53,749 nucleotides of DNA, from the NCBI GenBank assembly GCA_047624725.1, contig JBLHQB010000001.1:1-53749 (forward strand), written 5' to 3'. This document shows positions 25,635 to 32,588 of the stretch, one piece after another. Under the pieces are notes generated by a model. The model saw only the letters and a list, made by a program, of their open reading frames with translations. It searched no databases and was not told the DNA's origin. The DNA comes from Patiriisocius sp. (GTDB lineage: Bacteria; Patescibacteriota; Minisyncoccia; Phycocordibacterales; UBA918). Every line of letters starts with the position of its first letter. The stretch's first letter is position 1. The translations under genes and the position numbers were made by a program.

Positions 25635-26036
25635 ATGAAAATGATTATCGCAATGATTTGTGCTCTTGGTGTAACAGCTTGCTCTGCAACTGGCGGGAAT
25701 GGCCCATCAGCTTCAGTGTCAAACGAAATGCGCAGTGTTGCTGTTCTGACAGAAGTCCCTGGTGGCATCTGTTTGAAATCGCGTACTGAGTGTTTGCTTG
25801 ATATCCCGCAGAGCGAACTCACCTGGGTTCAAACAGGCCGTGGTTACGAAACCACAGTTAAGTTACCGGCAGGTCTCTTCTATGAGAACAATTGGCTCGC
25901 ACTTGTTCACGGAGACGGTCATGGGGCTTCTGAATGGGGTTCCAATGAGATCAATTATCTCCGTCGGAACGATGTGACAGCAAGTGATCCAGCATGTCTG
26001 GGTGGTAAAGCTTGGTGTGCAACACGCGACCTCTAA
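25635..26036 (+). CDS. Putative lipoprotein (133 aa)
   Basis: MKMIIAMICALGVTA|C lipobox and GGAGAA RBS. Start chosen inside ORF 25485-26036. Confidence 0.6.
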   Translation: MKMIIAMICALGVTACSATGGNGPSASVSNEMRSVAVLTEVPGGICLKSRTECLLDIPQSELTWVQTGRGYETTVKLPAGLFYENNWLALVHGDGHGASEWGSNEINYLRRNDVTASDPACLGGKAWCATRDL

Positions 26037-26135
26037 AAACAATGGTAAGGGCATAATTTGTCCTTACCACTTCTAATATTCTTGCGTACTGGTGTAGGTG
26101 AGAATATTAAGAGGTTATTAAAATCAACGTATTAT

Positions 26136-29100
26136 ATGTTTACAAAAAAAATTACAATCAATGTATTAGGTATCGCTATTTTAGTTATGCTTGCAGTAGG
26201 AGTTCCTGTGTCTATGACAGGAAATCACTCACTTGAAGTAAATGAAGTAGCTGCATTCGGTAGTTCATCAGGAGGCGGAAGTGGAAGTGGAAGTGGAGGA
26301 GGAAGTGGCTGTGGAAGCTGTGGTTCAGACCCAACACCAACACCAACACCAACACCAACACCAACACCAAGCCCTAAGCCACCAACGTGTAACTACCTAA
26401 AGGCTAATGGTAAGACTGGAACACTGACAGTCCCATACGGTGGAGCTAACGTATCACTAAACTGGTCGTCTTCAAAGGCAACAGGTGCTACGCTGACACC
26501 AACTGGTTCTGCAGTTTCTGTAAGTGGATCAAAGTCAGTAAACGTATCGTCAAATACAACGTTTACACTACGAGTTTCAAACTCAGACGGTGCACGTACC
26601 TGTAAGGTAGTAGTGAAAGTTGCTTCTGCAACACCACCATCATGTGACTCATTCACCGGAACACCTACATCACTTCCATACGGAGGCGGAACGGTAAACC
26701 TAAACTGGAAGACTACAAACGCTGACTCAGTATCAATCAACCAAGGAGTTGGTTCAGTGGTTGCTGACGGCTCAAAGCCTGTAAACGTATCAAATACAAT
26801 CACCTACACCCTGACAGCTAAAAAGGCTGGATACGCAAACGTGACCTGCCCAGTGAAGATCACGGTAAGGCCTGACGTTGCTGCACCATCATGTGACTCA
26901 TTCACCGGAACACCTACATCACTTCCATACGGAGGTGGAACAGTAAACTTAAACTGGTCTACATCAAACGCTGATTCAGTAGCAATCAACCAAGGAGTTG
27001 GTTCAGTAGTTGTTGACGGATCAAAGCCTGTAAACGTATCGAATACTATTACGTACACACTTACGGTAAAAAAAGCTGGGTTTGCAAACGCAACTTGCCC
27101 AGTGAAGATCACGGTAAGGCCTGACGTTGCTGCACCATCATGTGACTCATTCACCGGAACACCTACATCACTTCCATACGGAGGTGGAACAGTAAACTTA
27201 AACTGGTCTACATCAAACGCTGATTCAGTAGCAATCAACCAAGGAGTTGGTTCAGTAGTTGTTGACGGATCAAAGCCTGTAAACGTATCGAACACGATCA
27301 CCTACATACTTACTGCAAAGAAAGCTGGTTTCCCAACTGCTACCTGTCCTGTAACAATCACGGTAAAGCCAGACACAGACGCACCATCGTGTGATTCATT
27401 CTCTGGTACACCTACAACACTTCCATACGGAGGCGGAAACGTTGCACTGACATGGGCTACATCAAACGCTGACTCAGTATCAATCGATCAAGGTATTGGT
27501 GCAGTTAATGCTGATGATTCACGAGCTGAAACGGTAACTGACACAATTACATACACACTGACAGCTAAGAAAGCAGGATTCACTGACGCATTGTGTCCAG
27601 TGAAGATCACGGTGCTTCCGATGACAAACGTCCTTACGTGTAGTGATGTTTCATTCACTGCTTCAGATACACTTGTGAAGAAGGGAGATACGGTAAACCT
27701 TGCATGGGTATTCACTGGAAACGTAGCAAGTGGATCAATTGACCAGGGGATTGGACCGGTATCAAGTAACCAAAACCGTGATGTTGTAATCAATAATCAG
27801 ATTACATACACAATGACTATCAAGGATGCTACTACAGAAGTACAGTGTCCACTGACTATTAAGCTTGAATCTGACCCGGTATTCAGTTGTGCTGCTAACG
27901 TAAACTTTGACGCTGACGATACATCACTTCCAAGGGGTGGAGGAGATGTGGTCCTTACATGGAGTACTACTGATGTAGATTCAATTTCAATTCCTGGAGT
28001 TGTGTCAAACAATCTTAATGATTCAGAAACAGTAAATATTACTGCAGACCGAACGTACACCCTTACTGCAACAAAAGCTGGATTCGCAGGCATCCAATGT
28101 CCCGTTAAAATTGACGTTGCTAACGGTGGCGGAGGTGGTGGCGGAGGTTCATCAACTCCACGATGTGATCTTGATATCTCTGACGACAAGATCAAACTTG
28201 GAGAGGAAATCACTCTAGAGTGGGACACATCGCGAGCTACTGAAGTAGTTATCGAAGACAACCACGGTAACATCATCGTTACTACTGAAGATCTATCAAG
28301 TTCTGAAGCTAAGGACTTATACGACGGAGAAATTACACTAAAGCCTAAGAAGGATACAGAATACACAATTACTGCATCAAAGGGATCTAAGGATCGAGAA
28401 TGTGATGTAGAGGTTGAAGTAGAAAATAGTATTACGGTACTAGAATCACGAAATCAAGAACCACGAGTTGCTGGTATCTCACTGACACAAGTGCCATACA
28501 CAGGATTCGAGGCGGGACCAATGCTTACATTCTTCTTCTATGTACTACTCACACTATGGGGTCTGTTTGTAGCATATGTATTTGTTATCAAACGAGACAC
28601 ATTCGGCGGGGTATCTCTTGCAGGTGCACACACACACGTGCAGTACACTGACGTAAGTGTTGAAGCTGAAACTATTACAGAATCATCAGTTGCTGATGGA
28701 TATGTACAGGCAAGCACGCACGTTGCTGCTCCTGCAAATCTACCGGTTGCAACACCTGCAACAGTAGGATACGCATCAATGGTTTCAGAAGTTTCTGATG
28801 AAGAGACTGCAGAATCAATTGAAATGACTGAAATTGAAAACGCTGCTCACGCACAAAACATCCTTCTCTCAAGTGACGCAATGCGATTCTGCATGAACTG
28901 TACTGAGGAAGGAGCTGAACGTGTAGCAAAGATCAACGCAGTATTCGCTAAAGCTAAGGCAGCATACCCAAGTGAAGAAGGATGGGTAGCGCTTAACCTT
29001 GCTCGAGTAGAGTCTCTTATGGACAATGAAGAAGCTGCTGCAGAAGTAGCGACTCAGACAGAAGCAATTTCTGGAGGGTCACTCGCTGAAGCAATCGTAA

Positions 29101-29372
29101 CTGGTAACATCGTAGCGGCGTATCAAATGATCGACAACCGACCAATGATCGCACTAGCAGATGCTGCATCTGACCTTGATCTAGTATTCCGATCACGAAA
29201 GGGAGAAGAGGTGACTGTATCAACAGTACTTGCAGAAAACACAACTGATCTATCGCTAGAACAGTTAGTTGAAGCAATCACTGCACTTACAGGAGCACTT
29301 GACGGAACATACACAAGTGAAGGGGAAGCGGTTAAGATGGCGATTCTAAAAGCTGTAAAAGCTACAGCGTAA
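26136..29372 (+). CDS. Giant surface protein: N-terminal TM, G/S and PT linkers, about 9 Ig-like repeats, VPYTG motif + TM, about 250-aa C-terminal cytoplasmic domain
   Basis: MFTKKITINVLGIAILVMLAVGV. (CCAACA)n PT linker at 26331-26369. 83-aa repeats with paired Cys. VPYTG at 28491-28505 followed by MLTFFFYVLLTLWGLFVAYVFVIKR. Confidence 0.75.
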   Translation: MFTKKITINVLGIAILVMLAVGVPVSMTGNHSLEVNEVAAFGSSSGGGSGSGSGGGSGCGSCGSDPTPTPTPTPTPTPSPKPPTCNYLKANGKTGTLTVPYGGANVSLNWSSSKATGATLTPTGSAVSVSGSKSVNVSSNTTFTLRVSNSDGARTCKVVVKVASATPPSCDSFTGTPTSLPYGGGTVNLNWKTTNADSVSINQGVGSVVADGSKPVNVSNTITYTLTAKKAGYANVTCPVKITVRPDVAAPSCDSFTGTPTSLPYGGGTVNLNWSTSNADSVAINQGVGSVVVDGSKPVNVSNTITYTLTVKKAGFANATCPVKITVRPDVAAPSCDSFTGTPTSLPYGGGTVNLNWSTSNADSVAINQGVGSVVVDGSKPVNVSNTITYILTAKKAGFPTATCPVTITVKPDTDAPSCDSFSGTPTTLPYGGGNVALTWATSNADSVSIDQGIGAVNADDSRAETVTDTITYTLTAKKAGFTDALCPVKITVLPMTNVLTCSDVSFTASDTLVKKGDTVNLAWVFTGNVASGSIDQGIGPVSSNQNRDVVINNQITYTMTIKDATTEVQCPLTIKLESDPVFSCAANVNFDADDTSLPRGGGDVVLTWSTTDVDSISIPGVVSNNLNDSETVNITADRTYTLTATKAGFAGIQCPVKIDVANGGGGGGGGSSTPRCDLDISDDKIKLGEEITLEWDTSRATEVVIEDNHGNIIVTTEDLSSSEAKDLYDGEITLKPKKDTEYTITASKGSKDRECDVEVEVENSITVLESRNQEPRVAGISLTQVPYTGFEAGPMLTFFFYVLLTLWGLFVAYVFVIKRDTFGGVSLAGAHTHVQYTDVSVEAETITESSVADGYVQASTHVAAPANLPVATPATVGYASMVSEVSDEETAESIEMTEIENAAHAQNILLSSDAMRFCMNCTEEGAERVAKINAVFAKAKAAYPSEEGWVALNLARVESLMDNEEAAAEVATQTEAISGGSLAEAIVTGNIVAAYQMIDNRPMIALADAASDLDLVFRSRKGEEVTVSTVLAENTTDLSLEQLVEAITALTGALDGTYTSEGEAVKMAILKAVKATA
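26637..27632 (+). repeat. Four tandem 249-bp (83-aa) coding repeats
   Basis: Units start at 26637, 26886, 27135 and 27384 (CCATCATGTGACTCATTCACCGG..). Units 2 and 3 are identical over their first 165 nt or so. More diverged units flank them. Confidence 0.85.
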
Positions 29373-29385
29373 TCCCATTAAAGTT

Positions 29386-29418
29386 AAAAAAGACACACCT
29401 TCGGGTGTGTCTTTTTTT
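29386..29418 (+). terminator. Rho-independent terminator
   Basis: AAAAAAGACACACC-ttcg-GGTGTGTCTTTTTTT. Confidence 0.88.
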
Positions 29419-29434
29419 GCACCACAAGCAAATG

Positions 29435-29462
29435 AAAAAGGCCGAACACATTGTGTCGGCCC
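29435..29462 (-). terminator. Rho-independent terminator of ORF 29475-29708
   Basis: Minus strand reads GGGCCGACACA-atg-TGTTCGGCC + TTTTT. Confidence 0.65.
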
Positions 29463-29474
29463 TTGTTCTGGTTG

Positions 29475-29708
29475 TCATCGTTTAATTAATTGTGATTTAC
29501 GCAACCACCTGCGTTTCAAAATACAGAGAATTTCTTCGCCTGAACCATAGTGTTGAATTGCCCGCAGTTCAGTTCCAGCAGGGTAGCCTACAACGGTATC
29601 TCGATTGATCAATACTTTCCCTAAATTTCTAAGTTCCAAAAATTCTTTCTTTGGGATACTCAAGGTGTCTGTCTCGGTAGTTTCGTCGGTTACATTTGCG
29701 ACTTGCAT
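29475..29708 (-). CDS. Hypothetical protein (77 aa)
   Basis: AAGGGGG RBS 5 nt upstream of the ATG, and its own terminator. No family recognised. Confidence 0.5.
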   Translation of the reverse strand: MQVANVTDETTETDTLSIPKKEFLELRNLGKVLINRDTVVGYPAGTELRAIQHYGSGEEILCILKRRWLRKSQLIKR

Positions 29709-29784
29709 TGAACCCCCTTTGTTAGTGTTTCTGTGCGCCTATTTAGTATTATAACACAGATGTTGGTAAAAGACAAAAGTGGAT

Positions 29785-29820
29785 AAAAACAGTCGCACCA
29801 GAGGAGGTGCGACTGTTTTT
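29785..29820 (-). terminator. Rho-independent terminator of thrS
   Basis: AAAAACAGTCGCACC-agagga-GGTGCGACTGTTTTT. Confidence 0.85.
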
Positions 29821-29833
29821 ATGTATGCGTTCT

Positions 29834-31600
29834 CTATTTGTTTTCTTCCGTCAGTTTTGCAAGTAATACTTCTACTGAAAGTGTTTCATTACTTTCTGTA
29901 TCTCGCGACTCGAGTGTCACAGTATTGCCAGAAACTTCCTGATCTCCAATAACAATGAAGTAGGGAAGCTTGTTCTTTTTCGCGCTGCGAATCTTCTTCC
30001 CCATAGAATCATTTTCGTCATCAATTTCAACACGGAAGCCTGCTTCTTTCAGTGTGTTGTATACGGTGTGTGCGTATTCGTTATGCACTTCAGCAACGGG
30101 GATGATTGCCAGTTGCACGGGAGCAAATCGAAGCGGGAAGTTTCCTGAAAGGTGTTCGATCAGTACCGCAGAGAATCGCTCGAGCGATCCTGCAATCGCC
30201 GCGTGGATCATCACCACTCGTTCCTTCTCACCACTTTCGTTAACACATGTCAAGTCGAAACGTTCGGGGAGGTTACGGTCAGCTTGAATGGTTGCTACTT
30301 GGTGGGTGCGCCCTATAGAGTCGTGTGCAATGAAGTCGAGTTTTGGAGCGTAGAATGCAGCTTCACCTTCTTCAGTAAAGTATTCAGCCCCGCGCTCTTC
30401 TGCAATTTTCTGTAGTAGATTTTGTGCGTCATCCCATTGTGCGTCAGTTCCAATGTAGTTATCTGTGTTTTGTGAATCACGGAATGAAAGCCGCACCTTT
30501 AGATCAAAGCCAAATTTCTCATAAAACGAATCAACAATATCCCAGACAGCATTGATTTCATCTTTTAGTTGCGATTCACGGCAGAACACATGTGCGTCAT
30601 CTTGTGTGATAGAGAGTACGCGCGTAAGTCCTGCGAGTTCTCCTGATTGTTCTGCTCGGTATACCATTGTTGTCTCAGCAAATCGCTGCGGCATTTCTTT
30701 GTATGAACGGGGGACTGAGTCAAAGATTTGTGTATGACACGGACAGTTCATCGGCTTTAGCACATATTCCTCACCGTCATCTCCTTCTTTAGCACGTACC
30801 TTAAAGAGGTCCTCGCTGTATTTATTCCAGTGACCTGAAGTTTCGTACAGTGCTTTCTTTGCGATATGCGGGATGGTTACCAGCTGGTATCCCTTTTCCT
30901 TACGTAATTCTTGAACAAACCGATCAATCTCAAGGCGGAGTGTTGTTCCTTTTGGTGACCACAGCGGTAGACCAGGTCCTACTAACTCAGAGAACGAGAA
31001 AAGCCCCAGTTCCTTTCCGATCTTTCGGTGATCTCGTTTCTTCGCTTCCTCAAGCTGTGTTTGGTATGCAGCAAGCTCTTCTTTTGTATCAAACGCAATA
31101 CCGTAGATACGGGTCAGCATTGGATTCTTCTCGTCACCTCGCCAGTATGCACCTGCGATCTTATCAAGCTTGAATGCATCTGTTGCGATCTCTTCAGATG
31201 GATTTTCAGAGTGACCACCACGACATAGGTCAGTGAATTCTTTTTTTCCTTCACCCACAGTATAGAGCGTGATCTTTTCACCCTTAGCTTCAATCTCGTT
31301 AATCAGTTCAGTTTTGTATACGTTGTCTTTGTACAGCTCTCGAGCTTCATCTGCTGATACTTCTTTATGCGTGAATTCCTTCCATCCATTAAGAATCTTC
31401 TTCATTCCTTTCTGAATCTTCTTCAAGTCATCGTCTCCAGGAGTTTCTCCTGCAGAGAAGTCGATGTCGTAATAGAAGCCGTTATTAATAGCGGGCCCAA
31501 GCGTAAGGATCGCGTGTGGGTATTCCTGGACTACTGCCGCCGCAAGGAGGTGGGCCAGTGTATGTCGCTTATTTTGTAAGCTTTGATTGTCTGAACTCAT
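29834..31600 (-). CDS. thrS: Threonine--tRNA ligase (no N-terminal TGS domain)
   Basis: KRDHRKIGKELGLF, LKPMNCPCHTQIF, FRDSQ..class II motifs, editing-domain N-terminus HTLAHLLAAAV. 588 aa. Confidence 0.92.
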   Translation of the reverse strand: MSSDNQSLQNKRHTLAHLLAAAVVQEYPHAILTLGPAINNGFYYDIDFSAGETPGDDDLKKIQKGMKKILNGWKEFTHKEVSADEARELYKDNVYKTELINEIEAKGEKITLYTVGEGKKEFTDLCRGGHSENPSEEIATDAFKLDKIAGAYWRGDEKNPMLTRIYGIAFDTKEELAAYQTQLEEAKKRDHRKIGKELGLFSFSELVGPGLPLWSPKGTTLRLEIDRFVQELRKEKGYQLVTIPHIAKKALYETSGHWNKYSEDLFKVRAKEGDDGEEYVLKPMNCPCHTQIFDSVPRSYKEMPQRFAETTMVYRAEQSGELAGLTRVLSITQDDAHVFCRESQLKDEINAVWDIVDSFYEKFGFDLKVRLSFRDSQNTDNYIGTDAQWDDAQNLLQKIAEERGAEYFTEEGEAAFYAPKLDFIAHDSIGRTHQVATIQADRNLPERFDLTCVNESGEKERVVMIHAAIAGSLERFSAVLIEHLSGNFPLRFAPVQLAIIPVAEVHNEYAHTVYNTLKEAGFRVEIDDENDSMGKKIRSAKKNKLPYFIVIGDQEVSGNTVTLESRDTESNETLSVEVLLAKLTEENK

Positions 31601-31619
31601 AATAGTAATTGGTTTGTAT

Positions 31620-31698
31620 CGTCTTTGCGAACGTCAGTGAAGCAATCCAGAGTTGGGTAACAAGGCTCTGGATCGCCGCATTAACACTCGCGAAGACA
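31620..31698. repeat. Gene-less inverted pair of family A units (F then R), 79-nt hairpin in the thrS 5' UTR
   Basis: CGTCTTTGCGAacgtcagtgaaGCAATCCAGAG-13 nt-CTCTGGATcGCcgcattaacaCTCGCGAAGAC. Confidence 0.8.
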
Positions 31699-31709
31699 AC
31701 TTAATGAAT

Positions 31710-31759
31710 AAAAAAACGTCCGAGTAAAAATACGACAAAATCGAATTCTTACTCGGACG
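31710..31759 (-). terminator. T-box terminator hairpin
   Basis: Minus strand reads CGTCCGAGTAA..28 nt..TTACTCGGACG + TTTTTTT. Confidence 0.75.
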
Positions 31760-31854
31760 ATTGAGACCAGGTCTCATCCGCGGTTCCACCGGGTATTCTG
31801 TACAGTATGCCGCACAGCTCTTTTGACTCAGATTAGATCTCACATACCGTAAGA

Positions 31855-31894
31855 TATACAATCTATGTATCATGTGTGATACATAGATTGTATA
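31855..31894. repeat. Perfect 18-bp hairpin inside the T-box leader (family E)
   Basis: TATACAATCTATGTATCA-tgtg-TGATACATAGATTGTATA. The core TCTATGTATC/GATACATAGA is shared with 12681-12706. Confidence 0.7.
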
Positions 31895-31932
31895 GAGTGT
31901 TTGGTAGACACTACAATCTCTGATTGGTTCCT

Positions 31933-31962
31933 ATAGTAGCGTTTAAGGTAGGGGATTGTCAA
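31933..31962 (-). promoter_or_regulatory. Promoter of the thrS T-box leader
   Basis: Minus strand reads TTGACA-18 nt-TACTAT. Confidence 0.5.
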
Positions 31963-31967
31963 TAAAG

Positions 31968-31999
31968 AAAAAACTGTATCGCTGATGCGATACAGTTTT
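31968..31999 (-). terminator. Rho-independent terminator (bidirectional)
   Basis: AAAAAACTGTATCGC-tgat-GCGATACAGTTTT after ORF 32003-32488. Confidence 0.8.
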
Positions 32000-32002
32000 G
32001 GC

Positions 32003-32488
32003 TCAAGCTGCCTCTTTGGCGTACTGAGCTTCAATTTCACGAAGTTTATTTGAATTTGGTGAAAAGAAACATTCCCACAAAAAATTCATGTCCTGCACCA
32101 TTTTAACTTTGATCTTGCTAGAGGTGATGCTTTCCACTGAGATTTTGAAATAGCCTTTAGATCCAGAATCAGAAAGTCGTATTGACCAGTCGTGCTCGAA
32201 AACTCTTTGATCAACAAGTTCTCGAGCACGAGCACTTGCCCATGCAAGAAAGGGACTTATCTCTGAATCGTAGTCTGTCTGATTTACTAGAAACTCATCA
32301 GCTTTTACAGATACCAAAAACGGTCTATTTTCATCCCAATCTAGAAAACCGTTCCCTTCCCAGTTGAGATGTAGAGCGTACAGTATGTGAATCGAGTTGT
32401 CGATTACAGTGTATCCCCCTAGTATATCAGTAGCCTTAAGCGTGACGGATTGAAACCCTTCTTTCATTACGAGATTTCGTGCAAGCAT
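32003..32488 (-). CDS. Hypothetical protein (161 aa)
   Basis: ORF 32003-32569. The first ATG lies in the loop of the dnaE terminator, so the start was moved to ATG 32488 (GGAG 7 nt upstream). No family recognised. Confidence 0.5.
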   Translation of the reverse strand: MLARNLVMKEGFQSVTLKATDILGGYTVIDNSIHILYALHLNWEGNGFLDWDENRPFLVSVKADEFLVNQTDYDSEISPFLAWASARARELVDQRVFEHDWSIRLSDSGSKGYFKISVESITSSKIKVKMVQDMNFLWECFFSPNSNKLREIEAQYAKEAA

Positions 32489-32552
32489 TTGATTACTCCA
32501 TTGGTTGATGCTGTCTAAGTCCAAACTACATGTGGGCGTATCGATTGTCAAC

Positions 32553-32584
32553 AAAAAACACATCGTCATGACGATGTGTTTTTT
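32553..32584 (-). terminator. Rho-independent terminator of dnaE
   Basis: AAAAAACACATCGTC-atg-ACGATGTGTTTTTT. Confidence 0.85.
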
Positions 32585-32588
32585 CTTT

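Larger units (their letters stand above)
31700..31930 (-). promoter_or_regulatory. T-box riboswitch leader of thrS
   Basis: Minus strand has the T-box sequence AAUACCCGGUGGAACCGCGG (31778-31794 on +), a downstream terminator, AGAGA near the 5' end, and an ACC-A candidate specifier (GGT at 31903-31905 on +). The UGGA bulge matches U73-CCA of the tRNA-Thr in this window. Confidence 0.65.
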
